A stretch of 64,000 bases of DNA from NCBI GenBank assembly GCA_016618085.1, contig JABLTG010000001.1, forward strand, positions 372,001 through 436,000. Direction: 5' to 3'. A program made the position numbers and the translations under genes. Source of the DNA: Neovahlkampfia damariscottae (Eukaryota). Below the pieces are notes generated by a model. That model was not told where the DNA came from, searched no databases, and was given only the letters and a program-made list of their open reading frames with translations. Shown here piece after piece: positions 1 through 14,030 of the stretch (the stretch's first letter is position 1; each line of letters begins with the position of its first letter).

Positions 1-1844
1 CATAAGAAAGCCATTGAAAATCAAAAGGAACATCTTTCTAAAGTATCTTCAAGTGCAAAAGAAAAGAATTCAAGAATTAATGAAGTTGCTTTCATTCAAA
101 AGATCAATGATGATAATGAAAAGTTTTTATTATCAAATAAAATGAAACAAAATGAAGAAACACATACACAAAGAAGAGAAGAACAATTAAATTCAATTAA
201 AAAAAGAATTTCTGTTGATTTATCTACAAAAGAACAAAAAGCAAAAGCAAAAAGAGAAGAATTAGAAATTCAAAGACAAAATGCAATAAAAGAAAAAGAA
301 AAACAAAGAAAACAAAAAGAAGAATTATTTCAAGAAAGAAGATCATCCATGTTTAAATTTAAATCACCACAAACACCAAAATCAATTCCAAAAAGAAAAG
401 ATTCAATTTTATCAAAGAATTCAACTTCAAAAAAACTTACATTTAATGAATCTCCTTTACTCAATGCAATCTTATTAAATTTTAAAACATCAATTTCAAA
501 GTTAAAAAAGAATGAAATGAATAATAATCCAAATGTACCTTTAACAAATTTAAAAGTGACTAGAATTTTTAATGATTTAAAGTCTGGTGTTCAAAATGAT
601 AAAATTGAAGATTGTAGAACAGCATTAAGAGAATTCATTTCATTACCAGATAATAAAAAAGGATTTGAAATTCAATTCTTTATTCAAGAGCAAATCATTG
701 ATTATTTAGTTAATTTATTAATTGGAACTATTGATTCAATGGATTCAATTACATCTAATTTATGCTCAAAAGTTTTATTAAAAGTATCAATATTTTCAGA
801 AGGTGCAACTTATTTAGTTGAACAATTTTTATTTTTCAAACTTTATGATTTATCTTTAAATTGTATTTCAAATGATGAATGTGCAACAAATTTATCAAAT
901 TTATTTGAAATTATTAATAATTCAATTCAAAATTATAATTCAAATTTGAAATGGAATTTAATTTGGTATATTTCAGAATCTGGATTATTTGATTCATTAT
1001 TCAAAGAATTATCAATTATTCATCAATTAGATCAATCTCAAAGTGTATTCATTCTTAAATTATTAAATTTAATTTCACAAATTATTGATATTGTTGAAAT
1101 GAATGAAATGATAAATAAAAAAGAAAAAGAAGTATTACTTGGAATAATTGAAAACTTTATTGGTTCAACATTTGGTGGTACAGTGAATTTACTTTCACAA
1201 GTTTTAAATGATCATGATCAAAAGAAGGTTATTCCACGTTATATTTTATCAATTTCATTAAATTTATTGAAAATTTTGAATTCTGTATTTTATCAATATT
1301 CATTATATTGTGATGAAGAATGTTTATTCATACAAGTACGAAATTATTCTCAATTCTTAACATTCTTTAGAAATCTTTAAATTCAATTATTGATTTAGAT
1401 AAAATATTTATAGTTCTTTTGAATCATTGTTGTAATCATGAAGCTGTTGTAAAAATCAATCCAAGTTTAACTAATTTAGAAAATTTAACTGACATTAAAT
1501 CAATTTTACATGAATTACTCTTATTTATTGGATATTATACATTAAATAATGATGAAGGTCAATTAATTTTCACTGAAAATCAAAAATTAATCAAATGGTT
1601 AAATGATCTCCCAATGTTTTATTTTGTGTCAGAACCAGAAATATTATTTCCAACTTTGATTTCAATTTGTTTCAGAAATGATGAAAACAAAACAATTTTA
1701 GGAGAAGATTTAAATTTCTCTTTTGTTCGTGAATTCATTAAAGAAAATGATAAAGAATCAACAAGTAAATTTGCATTTTGTAAACGATTTCCATCTCAAT
1801 TCATTACTGAAGCACTCCAATATTTTTCAGAAGAAAAAGAATGA
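1..1844 (+). CDS. SCAPER: SCAPER-like protein (S-phase cyclin A-associated ER protein), 5'-truncated by the window edge
   Basis: A coiled-coil region is followed by a C-terminus (LHELLLFIGYYTLNN...LPMFYF...ILFPTLISICFRN.EN) matching the SCAPER C-terminal block. A GT-AG intron at 1336-1370 joins ORFs 142 and 1419. Confidence 0.75.
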
Positions 1845-1892
1845 AATTGTTATTTTTTATATAAAAAATAAAAATTATGAATGAAACATTTA

Positions 1893-4800
1893 TTAAAGCT
1901 TTTCATATTGAACAGATTTTTCTGCATCATCTTTTTTTCTGATACAAATCGCTGCATAAAGTGGATGCAATATTTTGAATTTAATTAAAAATAATAAATC
2001 CAAAAACCATTTGAATAGGATATTGATGATTGAATTTGGTTGATATGCCATCAAAGAAAAGAAAGAAATAACTCTCAATAAAACCCCAATTCCAATCAAA
2101 ATTCCAAAATTCATCCAAAATCTTTCAGGATGGTATCCCCATGTTTCTAAAGAATATTGAATATTATAAATCTTTGAGAATTTTGTAATTTCAAAACAAT
2201 ATAATGATTCCATACCCCATCTTAAAAATGAAACATTAGGTAAGTATTTCATTGGTGGTGACATTTCTTCAAAATCAGGGAGTGTTGGACCACCACCTGA
2301 AAACATTTGAAAGAATAAAATTAGAATAACACTAGCTAATCTTGCAACATTTTGATCAAATACAATTGAAACTAAATAACCAAATGCAAATGCGTTGAAA
2401 TAAAGTAGTAATAAACAAACATAAATTTCCCAAAATTCTGCTCTTGGTGAAGCCAATGTATAAAATAGTGACATATATAAAAGAGGACCTAATAAAATAT
2501 TCAAAACATTTGAAAAATTCTTTGCAAGAAAATATGGTAGTGTATATAAACCACCAATAGATTCTCTTATAAAAACTACTTTTTCATTTCCAAATGTTTT
2601 TAAAGATGTCATTGAACCAACCAATGAAATGGAACATGTCAATAAAACTGAAACATATAAAATTGTATCATCCAAGGGAGCACCACATAAATTTTTTAAT
2701 TCAGGTGGACAAAGTGCAATAATATGTTCAGGTAATGGACCAATATATTCTTTTCCACTAAAAACAAAACCTAAAGTACATCCAGGTAAATAAAGTAAAA
2801 TGAATTCTAAAATTAATGCAATTGGTTCTCTCATTTGTTGAATAATTGCTCTTTTAAATACTTGCCAAAATTGAACAATAGTTGAAGGATTCTTTTTTGA
2901 AACTTCATTATTCAAAGATTTCATATTAAATGATGTTAATGGTTCTGTTTTTCTTCTTCCTCTTAAAAGTGCTTCAGTTTCAATATGAATAAAATCATCT
3001 TCTTCATTAAAAGTTAATGGATTTTTATCCCAAAGATCAAATAAATCAGTTGGTTGAAATTCTGTAAAACCATTTCTTGGAATTGTACCATTTGTAACAT
3101 CCATTAAGAAATCAGCAGGATTAACTTTTTCTGGACAATGAAAACCTAAATTTTCAAAATAATGAAGTGCTTCATCTCTTGGACCTAAGAAAACAACTCT
3201 ACCACCTTTTCCTAAAAGTAAAATATCATCAATCATTGAAAATATTTCATATCTTGGTTGATGAATTACAGTAACAACAGGAATACCAGTTTCAGCAATT
3301 TTCTTTAAATTTTTACAAACATCATTTGCAGCAGCAGAATCTAAACCTGATGTTGGTTCATCTAAAAATAGAACAGTTGGATCTGATACTAATTCAATTC
3401 CAATATTAACTCTTTTTCTTTGACCACCTGAAATACCTCTTGTTTCTTCATCACCAATAATTGAATCTTTAACATCCATTAAATCTAATTTTTCAAGAAC
3501 ATCATCAACTATTTTTGTAATTTCTGCATTTGATTTTCTCCAACTTAATTTAGTTCTTGCTGCAAAATATAATGTTTCATAAACTGTCATCATTCTTAAC
3601 ATAATATCTTCTTGAGGTACAAATCCAAATAATTTATCATATTTTGAAAGTGAAACTGCTTTACCATTAAATAAAACATCTCCTGAAACTCTTCCTGCGT
3701 ATTGTCTTCCAGAAAGTGTTGTTAAAAATGTTGTTTTTCCAGATCCAGATAATCCCATAATTGCTGTTAATCTTCCATTTTTAAATTCACCACAAACATT
3801 TTGTAAAATTTTTTTTCCATTTCTTAATTGAACACTTAAATTATTAAATCCAATATCAATTCTAAATTTATCATCAATTTGTTCTTTTTTATCTTTTCTA
3901 CGAAGACAAATATTTACAGCTTTACATGAAACATCTAATAATTGTGCTAAATAGTATAATGCAATTAAACCCATTACTCCAATTACAGTTAATGCAAAAA
4001 TGAAGAAATTTCCTTCATCAATTGAACCTTCTGGACAAATTGAAATGAATGGAACACATGGTGTTGGTTTATGTGATCCTAATGCACAAAAATAACCTTG
4101 TGGACAAATGATTGATTGTTTTGGTGTTGGACAATAATGACCAGCAGGACACTTAAAATTTATATAAGTAAAATAAATATTATTACAGGTTTTGGTACAA
4201 ATGTACCTTCTGGACAATATTCTGAAATTGAACAATTCTTTTTTGTTGTTTGATTTAAACAAAAATATCCAGCAGGACAAAGATTATTTTTAATTGAACC
4301 TTCAGGACAATATCTAAAAGAAGAAATATTTGAATAACAAATATTTGGTTGAATAATATCTGATCTTGGACAAAATGTATTTTCTGGACATTTTAAATCT
4401 GTACCATTATTTGAAAATCTACCTAAACTACACCAATCACCAGGTTGACATTTTTTAATGTCTTTTTCAGTTGTTAAATAATAACCAGGTGAAATTGGCA
4501 TTGGTGGAAGAGAAGGAGTATCACAAATTGTACCTTCTGGACATGGTTTTTCATTTATTGTACCTTCTGCAAAACAAGTAATTTGTTTATCTTGTTTTAG
4601 ACAAAGTTCAGGAGAACCCATTTTTGATCTTGGACATTTAAAACCATATGGACATTTTGATCTAAATCCATTAAAACAAAAGTATCCAGGTTCACATTCT
4701 TGCATTGTTCTTGATAATAAAGTATAAAAACCTTCTCTTACAAAATAAATTAAATTTTCTTCACTTGAAGGACAATGAACACCAGGAAAACACATTGAAA

Positions 4801-6715
4801 TATATTGTCCAAATAAATTAACATCTAAATGTCTTGGTAATTCTTGATTACAAATTTCAGTATAAAATATTAAAAATGGATTTTTTGGATCTTTATCAAG
4901 TTGATTACAAATTTCACCATATCTTTTAATTGAATCAATTTCCCATTTCTTTCTTGAAAATGTAACAAATAAATGTTGTCCATTTGGTGTAATTTGAAAA
5001 TCTTGCATTCCAGAATGAATTGGAATTTCATTAAACTTTTCAATTAAAAGTGCATATTTATGATTTAATAAAAATTGAGCTCCAAATATTTCAACTTCAT
5101 CTTGTTGAACTGCAAATATATGATGAAACCAAAATTTTTTTAATAATGGAATTCCAAATCCTTGAAGGAAATTTAATTCACATTGTATTTGTCTTGCAAT
5201 AACATTTCTACAAACTAAATATAATGTATAATCAACTTTTTTTAAATATTCACAAATTTGAATTGGATCAGTTATCAATTGTCTTTCAATACCAAAATAA
5301 TTTGAAGATAATTTTAATACTCTTTTTTTACTTTTTAAATTTTCAGTCCATCCAATTTTACATCTTCCTTGTGAATCTTCATATCCATTCCAACAACGAA
5401 ATGGTGATTTTCTTGTTACTGGATTCTCAACAGTAGTTTCTCTAATTCTAACTAAATTTGCAAATTCAGGTTGATTTCTAATCATAATATTAGATTCTCC
5501 AGTTGTTTGATTTTGTGTAGCTATGATTAAAAATATATTCTTTTTTTTTTAATTTTTTTAAATTTTCTTACTTGGGAACGGGTATCTCCAAAAATGGAAG
5601 AACAATTACTTCTTGTTTGATTAATTCTTCTGACATTTTCATCTAATAAATGAGCTGCTGTAATTTCATTATTTGAAAAATAAAATGAATTTAAACTTGT
5701 TTTATCTCCAAAATTTACATTTAAGTTTAAAACTTTTTCCGAAAATTCTAAAATCTTAATTTCATATTTAGTTGTCAATGTAATCAATGTTCTGTTATAT
5801 CCTGCACCTGTAATAGTCATACTCTTTGGTGAAAATTCACCAAAATGCAGTGTTGTTCCAAAATCAAAAACTTCAGTGTCGAATCTAAAAAGAAGATTAA
5901 TCATTTTTTTAATTTACATCCAGTTATTTTTAACTTGGTAATTATCAATCTTGAAGAATTGTAGATGTTTTAAATTTTGGTATAACAAAGCGACGTATAG
6001 TTCTCCATGACTAAAAAATATTTTGACTTTTTTGAGTACATCAGGAATGGTATCTATTTTAAAAAAAGATATAAGAATATGTTTTCATTCACTTACATTG
6101 TTCAGTTATCATATCATCTAAATTTCCGTTTGGTACTTTCATTATTTTCATAATAGTTTGATGAATAGCTATAATATAATAATCAGGACCTTTTCCAGCT
6201 GCATCCATGAATTCAAATTTTGTATCAAAAACTTGAAATACTTCACGACTTTCTTCAGTCTTCATAAAAAAAAACGTTAAATTGAATTTGTTCAAATACT
6301 TCATTGTTGAAAGGTAAAACAGCAATACGACCATTTCCCATCGAAAAAACAAAATATCTTTCAATTTTATCAAGTGATATTTCGACAACACGTATTTTTA
6401 AAATTGCTAAAAAAAAAAGTTCAAAAAAAAAAAAGAGATTTACAATAACAATCTGAATTAATATTATTTGTATCACAATGAACTTTTGAATCATTTACTG
6501 TCAAAGTATGGTTCAAATTTGTCAAATAATAAGGAACAACGTATGGATTGTTATGTCTAATTTTTTAAAAAGGATTAATAACTAAGGAAATAAGCATACT
6601 TGCAAAATGAAGGGAACATTTGAGGTTCCTTTTCATCACATAATCTTTGCAAACCTTGAGTATGTGCGTTTTGCAGAAAAGTTAACGTCAACAGAAACAG
6701 TACTTTCCAAAACAT
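1893..6715 (-). CDS. ABCG half-transporter with signal peptide and ~800-aa Cys-rich extracellular domain (ABCG24/28 or Adp1-like architecture)
   Basis: ATG 6715 begins MFWKVLFLLTLTFLQNAHT. Seven short GT-AG introns join the exons in frame. CPxGxxCP repeats precede one TM helix, then Walker A GLSGSGKT, signature ISGGQRKRV, Walker B LFLDEPTSGLD and an ABC2 membrane domain. Confidence 0.88.
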
Positions 6716-6851
6716 CGTTGACCAATCAGTGTAGTGTCCAAAATTTATTAATTTTCCGGTGTGTCAATTTTTGAAATTGAATAATGAGTTGAAAGAACAA
6801 AGAACAAAAAATATTTAAAAAATTAAACTGATTTTTATTGTGCAAAAATAT

Positions 6852-7333
6852 TTAATTTGAGCCAAAACCTTTTCCTCTACCAGCGCTTTTTTCTGTAGTT
6901 TGGTCGTCTCTACGGTATTCTTTTCTGTTTCCGAATGATTTTGTTCCTTGTGGTCTTTCTTTTCTTTCTGAAAATCCTTTAAGTTGTTGTGTAGCACCAC
7001 CTTTAACTTTTTGTGTATTTGGAACAATAGTATCTGGAAGATGGAGGTATTCTCTTAAATAAGTTACACCTTCATTTGTCAAGAACCAGTAATGATATCT
7101 CCAAGCAAATTGTTTTTTAACAAATCCTTTAGTTTCAAAAGTTCTCATTAAACGAATAACGTGAAGATTTGGAACTGGATATGGAATATGTGGGTGTCTA
7201 GGTTCAGCTTTATCATCGTGGCAAATTAAAACACCTTCTGTAGAAAGTGTTAGAAAAATTTCTTTTGTTGAATATAATTACCTTTGAATAAATGAGAGTA
7301 CACTTCAACACGGTTTTTTTTTGGAATAATCAT
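6852..7333 (-). CDS. RPS10: 40S ribosomal protein eS10
   Basis: MIIPKKNRVEVYSHLFKEGV...KQFAWRYHYWFLTNEGVTYLREYLHLP; intron 7238-7281. Confidence 0.97.
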
Positions 7334-7455
7334 TCTTGTCCTGTCTTTGTAAAGTTTGTTGGTTTAAAATTAAAGTGCAGTGATTGGACAAATGAACAGA
7401 GATTTTTTCGGATATTTATAATTGGACAGAATTATTCCACCAATCGAAATATTTC

Positions 7456-8742
7456 ATGTTGAAAATAAAAAACAAAACAAAATTATTATTCAAAAACTTA
7501 CCAAAAAGATTTATAGTCCTTCCAAAATTTTTAGATGAATTAAAAACAGCTGATTTAGCTGATTATGATGTTAAGTTTTATGATGAACCTCAAAAAAAGA
7601 GTTTTACCATTAACCATGAAATTGGATTTTCTAATTTTAATTTTCCAAAATCAGATTTATTAAAATTATCACAAAATAACAAAGAATATATACTTATTGG
7701 TGAATCCTATGGATTTGCTGACTTTCAAGATAATCCTGTTCGATTTCATCCTTTAAATTCTTCATATTTATGGATTGACCCAGAAAGTGAAACAGAAAAA
7801 GTATTACTTCAATTAACAAAAGAAGTACCACCATTACTATGGATACCTTTAAAAGTAAAATAAGACTCCATTCAAACTAACTTTCAAAAAAAGCCAAACT
7901 CAGAAGCTCTAAAAAGAACATTTGATGAATTTATGGAAATTGAAGCAGTAATGATTAAAGATAATATCAGACCTGTTGACGATATGTTAAAAACAATTGA
8001 TGATATTGAAAGTCATGAAAAAAAAAGAAATGCATTATTAGAATACGTTGATAGAATTGATCCAAAAGATGTAATTAATCCACATCCAAATACAGTTACT
8101 TTATATGTTGGTGCTGTTGAAACTGCAGAATCAGTTGAAGTTTCAATGATGAATAATTCATTTATTTTTAATTTACCAAGAATTAGAGGTTCAACTAATA
8201 AAATTGTAAAGAATACACAAATATCATCTTCAAAATTTGAATCAATTGTATCAAGATCAATTATAACAATTGATGTAAGAAATGATTTACATATGGAATT
8301 AGAAGGAGGTAAATTAATACCATGTTTTGCAAAAATAAATTATCCTGATAATGATAGAATGAGTAGACCTTGTACAGCGAGATATAACAGAATTTTTGGA
8401 TCAGATTATCCTGAAAATATGCCAATTGATGTAATTTGTGCATTTTTTGGTAATCAAATGAAAGGATATCAATCATTGAGAAGAGAAATAAAAGAGACAG
8501 AAGAAAATACAGAAAATAATATTCAACCTTATTATATAGCTCAATTAGCTGCTTTAAATGATCCTGACTTCAAAAAAGTATTTGAAAGATTTTATCAACA
8601 TAAAGATCCTTTAGTCAGAATTGCATGTTTAAAAGGTGCTGCAGAATTTAATATGAAAGATAAAATTGAAAAAATGGAAAAAATAGAAACTAATTTAGGT
8701 GTTTTAGATGTAATAGAGAGATTAAAATTAGATTTAAATTAA
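7456..8742 (+). CDS. Hypothetical protein with a probable mitochondrial presequence and a C-terminal HEAT-like motif
   Basis: Two ORFs joined by intron 7855-7893. The N-terminus MLKIKNKTKLLFKNLPKRF is basic and lacks acidic residues. Confidence 0.6.
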
Positions 8743-8745
8743 ATT

Positions 8746-10337
8746 TTATTTTTGATTCAAGTATCCTTCAATATTTTCAATGGATCCAAGTTTTTCAATT
8801 GTATAAGCAGCTGCTTTTGCATGAATTTCAATAGCAATTGGTGATATATTTTCATAATGATCACAACTTTTGTGATAACAAGTATCATAGGCAGCCAATG
8901 GAAATCCTCCAAATTTAGTACGTTCTTCATCAGATTTGATGGCACCAGCACCTGTAAATAAACCACCAGATGGAATACCAGCATCAACAAATGGAACAAA
9001 ATCTGAACCTGAAATTAAAGGTGATTTTTTAAATGGATTTTGTGCATAATTGAAATGTTCAATAAAAGTATTTGTAATTTTTAAACTTTGATCTCTAATC
9101 AATTCATTTGTTGCAAATGAACCATCATAAATTCCTAAAATATAATTTGGTGAACCAAGCATATCAAAATTCAAATAAGCTTTAACTTTTTTAAATTCTT
9201 CTTCATTTTTTTTTAATTCTCTAACATAATGTCTTGAACCAAGTAAACCAATTTCTTCAGCACCCCTTTTTTTAATTTAAAAAATTTTTTTTTTTTTTTT
9301 TACCACCAAGCAAATCTGAGTGTGTTATGTGATTTAATTCCATGTTTAAAATATTGAACTACAATTTCAAGAAGAGCAGAAGAACCACTTCCATCATCAT
9401 TCATTCCTGGACCTTCTGGTACTGAATCAAGATGAGCACCTGCAACAATAACATCTGTTGAACCTGTTCCTGGTACATCACACATCAAATTGAAAGTTTC
9501 ATGAATTTTGACGATACTATTGGATTGAAGACTTAAAATAGTACCATTTCCACCTTCATTTGCAGATTTAATCGTTTGAAAAGTGGAGTGTGAAATTGAA
9601 AAAGCAGGTATTCTCAAGAGTTCTGTTCCATCAACCCAATTTGTATAACGTACTCTCATCCAAGAAAGTGTTTTACTTGAGAATCCATTATAAAATAATA
9701 TACCTTTCGCTCCAGCTTTTTCTGCTAACATAGCTCTGTCAATTGGATCACAATCTACTTTTTTAATTTCTAAAAGAACAATTTTATCTTTTGCGTTTGT
9801 AAAATGAGAAGCTTCGCAACCTGATTGATAAACAATATTAATTCCAGCTTGAAATTTAAATTTTCCATTTCCTCCATATCTCAATTGTCTAAAGTCGACC
9901 ATGTGTTGCAGAGGATAATTAAAAGGTGATGTAATATTCAATGATGGTTCTGATAATTCAGTATATACAGGAGCCTTAAATTTTTGAATAACAGTTTTAC
10001 AACCAATTGATTTTAAAACTGATTCCACATATGCAGCACTTTCGTTATGAGCATTTGCAACTGAACGAGATTTTGAAGGATGAGCAAGAGCAATACTTTC
10101 TAATTTGGATAAATGAGGCATAATTCCTTCTGCTTCAATAGCATTTGGTAAATTAATGAATATTTTGTTAATCAAAAAGAAAACCATGATTATACCGGTC
10201 AAACCTAATACAAAAGTAACACTGAATAAAACTCCGACAATAAATCCAAGATTCTTTCCTGATAAAATTTTGGATTTAGTTTCTTCTTCTTGAACAATCA
10301 ATTTTTCATTTTCTCCTTCTTCATAAGAATTGGACAT
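8746..10337 (-). CDS. M28 family aminopeptidase with PA domain and N-terminal membrane anchor
   Basis: Motifs GAHLDSV, GMNDDGSGS, WWGAEEIGL (across intron 9266-9303), NFDMLGSPN, SDFVPF and CYHKSCD. Confidence 0.92.
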
Positions 10338-10413
10338 TTTCGAAGTTTTCTTCCAACTTGACAATAAACCAATCAAAAAAAATAAATTCCTTCCAACTTA
10401 AATACCAAAAATT

Positions 10414-10824
10414 TTATTCAGATTCTACATTTAGCCCCTCTTCATCTTCCATTAATTGTACAATATATGAACTGATTTGTTTTGAATAACCTTCCATTAA
10501 CTTTAAATTTACATCAAATGAATTTTCAGGAAAAGACGTTTTTGTCCATTGTTCATATTTTCCTAATAATTTCTTTATAGAATGTTTGCCATTTCCTGGT
10601 TGATAAGTTGTTCCTTTCATTTGATTTCTGATTTTTTGCACACCAATTTTTGGATCAATCAGTTTCTTATAAAATTTCTCTTTTTTTGTTTCTTTTTTTG
10701 TTTTTGCTCTTTTATTTGATGCTAATGTTTTTTCAAATTCATCATCAGAGTTAATACTTTGTTCTCCTTCAGAATTCAAGTTTTCTTCGTAATCATAAAC
10801 CGTTTCTTTTGCGCTTTTTGACAT
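10414..10824 (-). CDS. Tipin/Swi3/Csm3-like replication fork protection protein
   Basis: KLIDPKIGVQKI...GNGKHSIKKLLGKYEQWTKTSFP resembles the Swi3 domain; acidic N-terminus. Confidence 0.6.
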   Translation of the reverse strand: MSKSAKETVYDYEENLNSEGEQSINSDDEFEKTLASNKRAKTKKETKKEKFYKKLIDPKIGVQKIRNQMKGTTYQPGNGKHSIKKLLGKYEQWTKTSFPENSFDVNLKLMEGYSKQISSYIVQLMEDEEGLNVESE

Positions 10825-10878
10825 TATTGGTGGAAATCTGACCAATGAACTCACAAAATAATACCAAAAAAAATCTGT

Positions 10879-11343
10879 TTAATTTTTTTTTTCTTTTTGT
10901 TGAAGTTCCTTTTCGGTAATAGCAGTCAATAAAAGTATCATAACAAGAGAACCAAGAAGTATTATGTGTCCAACACCAATTGCCTTAATCATTTCAACAA
11001 TTTCCATTGATTTTGGATCAAATTCCATTTTTGATATTTTTACTTGAGGTGGTGTCACTTTAAATTCGAAATAAGCTGCTGCTCCTCCTAAAATTAAAAG
11101 TTTCAATACACTAAACAATTTTTTTTGAGAAATAATTTCAATAATGAGTAAAAGAAATGCAAAACCCATAAATGGCATGATGATGAAGTTTGGTACAAAT
11201 GAGTGTCTAACCGTTTTGTAATAAGTAAAAGCAGCAAAAGTACTTTCTGAGTTAAATGAGTTGAAAAGAAATGGCACATCAAATGCAAGATCAATGAATA
11301 TCATCCCAATAAACATCCATGAAATTCCCATGTAAAGCTTCAT
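10879..11343 (-). CDS. Small 4-TM membrane protein, weakly Shr3-like
   Basis: Four hydrophobic segments and a C-terminal KEKKN that may be an ER-retrieval motif. The family call is tentative. Confidence 0.55.
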   Translation of the reverse strand: MKLYMGISWMFIGMIFIDLAFDVPFLFNSFNSESTFAAFTYYKTVRHSFVPNFIIMPFMGFAFLLLIIEIISQKKLFSVLKLLILGGAAAYFEFKVTPPQVKISKMEFDPKSMEIVEMIKAIGVGHIILLGSLVMILLLTAITEKELQQKEKKN

Positions 11344-11414
11344 ACTTTGTGTGGTGGTGAATAAAATCAAAGAGAATTAACCAATAAAATAGATCCAATA
11401 AAACCAAACAAAAA

Positions 11415-11603
11415 ATGAGAAAAATAAGGGTCACCAGAAAAAATGTGAACCATAAAAAACCTCAGATATTGGAAGAAGATGACCAACAAGACAATTATGA
11501 AATAGAAGAACCTATAATGACAAAGAAAGAAGTTAAAGACTACATTCAAAACTTGAAACAACAAGAACAAAATATAACAAAAAAAAGGAAAGAAAATTTT
11601 TGA
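11415..11603 (+). CDS. Possible 62-aa micro-protein
   Basis: ATG-initiated ORF with CCAAT boxes upstream (11381, 11395) and AATAAA downstream. No recognisable domain. Confidence 0.35.
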   Translation: MRKIRVTRKNVNHKKPQILEEDDQQDNYEIEEPIMTKKEVKDYIQNLKQQEQNITKKRKENF

Positions 11604-11674
11604 ACATTCAAAAATAAATTTATTTTTATAATTACCTCCAATCACTTCTACCAATCAAATTGATTCAATAGAAA

Positions 11675-13345
11675 ATGCAAATAAAACAACAGAGAGTCCC
11701 TGCTCTTCGTATTGAAGCTGACAGAATGGAACCATTGGATGAAACTGTTTACTCAAAATACCTTCAACTCTTTGTAGTTGTACCAACAGAGTACTCACCT
11801 CATATACAACCAACAGACATGCCAAAGTGGTATCAATATGAATATAATAAACCTCCAAAACTTGTAAATCCTAAAATTGAAAAAGTACTTGAAAAAAATG
11901 GAAAGTACTATTTCAAATATTTCGTAAGAGAAAGTATTCATTTTAATTTTTTTGTTAGTTGTACAAAACACCAAATAAAGATATTGGAGTTTCACATTTG
12001 AGTAGAAAGAATAAAAATGATTGGACTTCTTACTTTGTTGAACTTCAAACAAGCTCAGGAGTTATACTTTTTTCTTCACCATTTTATTTGATCTCCAAAC
12101 CACCTGAATACTATAAAAGATCACATGTAGCAATTGAAGAAGAGAATAATGAAATAAAAACAACACAAAATACAACAGAAGAACCACAAAAAAAAAAAAC
12201 AAAAGTTCAACCAAAAGAAGAATTTAATTTTTCTAATTTAACAACAGGAGATCAATTATTTTTAAATTCTTTTTTTTCAGATCAAAATTATCAAAATGAC
12301 CTTCAAGATATTTTAAAGAAAATCAATTTTGAACCAAACAACATTTTCACAAATCCATTTTCAGAAGAAAGATATGATTTGTTCACACCGAAGGTAAATA
12401 AAAAAAAATGAATTAATTTTATGTTTTTAGACTGGTACACCAAAAAGTGAAGATGAAATTGGTCAATATTTTATTTGTGAAGAAGAACAAGATTTTTCAA
12501 AGAGAAATTCAAAAATGTTTATTGAAGAAGATCAGTTTAAAGATATGAATAATGATTTTAATTCAGACAGTATTATTGATTTTGGATCAGGTGATATACC
12601 ACTTTTAGATACAGAATCAATTTTAGCGAGTATTTCACCTTGTATGGCTGAAGAAACACCACAACCACAGTCTAATTCATATGATGCTTCAATGAATGGT
12701 ACTAGAAATGATGATTCATTGGAGAGGTCAAATGAATTCCAGAAATTAGATTCAAAAAATAAAATGACTCAAGTGATGTTGGATGATGAAAAAGATAAAT
12801 CTCAACTATCTCAGGAATCAAAACAGGAGAAAAACAACACATCTAAATTTAAATCACCTGCAAATAGTGGTTATTTTAGTATTGGTTTTGGTATTTTTGG
12901 TCGAAGCAAATCAAGTCAGACAAGAAACAAAGAGTTATATTCAGTTGAAGAGAAACAAAAACAAAAAAGTCCAGAAAACAGTCGAGCATTACAATCATCT
13001 GATGATTTAATGATTACCAAAACTCAGACAAATGTAAAAAAGATGTTGGATGTTTCAAAAGAAAAAAAGAAATTGAAAAAAAATATTCGTTCATCACCTC
13101 AAACATCACAGAGTCAACTTGGAGGTACACAGAGAAGTTCAAATATTGTTTCATCTTTTGTAGAGAAGCAAAATGAACAAGAAAATGAATGCTTTTATGA
13201 CAATGATGAAAAAGAAGAAGAAGAATCAGATGAAGAATCAGATGAAGAATTGACCAAAAGAATCGAAAGTTTGAAAATATCTAATTTTCGTTTTGGAAAG
13301 TTTCATCAAAGTATTTCAGATACTTTAATTTTTTTTCAAAAATAA
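11675..13345 (+). CDS. Hypothetical protein, possibly a transcription factor with an Ig-fold-type DNA-binding domain and a long disordered tail
   Basis: Introns near 11924-11958 and 12393-12429 join three ORFs. VSHLSRKN...YFVEL...SSPFYLISKP is followed by a basic NLS-like patch and a Ser/acidic low-complexity tail. Confidence 0.5.
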
Positions 13346-13354
13346 ATATATATT

Positions 13355-13822
13355 TTATTCTAAAGTCATTAATTTTTTTACATAAGGTTCATAATGAATA
13401 ACACCTTCACTTTCTGGGTCTGCTTGTTTTAAAAATTCATCAAGTTCTGTTTGAGTAAGTTTTTCGCACATTGATGTTAGTAATTCTTTCATGACATCTA
13501 CTTTAACAGTACCAGTTCCTTCTTTGTCAAAAAATTTAAATGCTTCCAAAACGTTATTCTCATAAGCTTCGTCTCCAATTTTTTTGGTTGTCATAATTCT
13601 TTCATATTCTTCATAAGCAAGTGATCCATCTTCTGTAGTTTCCATTTCTGAAAGACAATTTGCAATTTGGTCGTCTGTTGGGTTTTCTCCTAACGCTTTC
13701 ATAACAATACCAATTTCATTTGAAGAAATAGTACCATCACCATCTTTATCAAATAAGGAAAATGCTTCATTCATTTCATTTTTTGTTTTTTCATCAATTT
13801 TATTTTTTTCTTCTGTGCTCAT
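13355..13822 (-). CDS. Calmodulin-like / myosin light-chain-like EF-hand protein
   Basis: EAFSLFDKDGDGTI...ALGENPT...EAFKFFDKEGTG. EF-hands 2 and 4 are degenerate, so it is not canonical calmodulin. Confidence 0.9.
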   Translation of the reverse strand: MSTEEKNKIDEKTKNEMNEAFSLFDKDGDGTISSNEIGIVMKALGENPTDDQIANCLSEMETTEDGSLAYEEYERIMTTKKIGDEAYENNVLEAFKFFDKEGTGTVKVDVMKELLTSMCEKLTQTELDEFLKQADPESEGVIHYEPYVKKLMTLE

Positions 13823-14030
13823 TGTTGAAGTGAGGATTTTTGTTTGTTCTTATTTAATAAAAAATGATTGGCGGAAAAAAGAAAAAGAAAAAGTAACGAA
13901 ATTCATGAAATAATTCATATTTTTCTCAAAAATAATCTCAGAGGATCAATAAATCAACAGATTTGATTTTATTGGTCGGATTTCCAGACCGTTAATTTGA
14001 AGTCAAAAAGAACATTGAAGTCAAATCATC

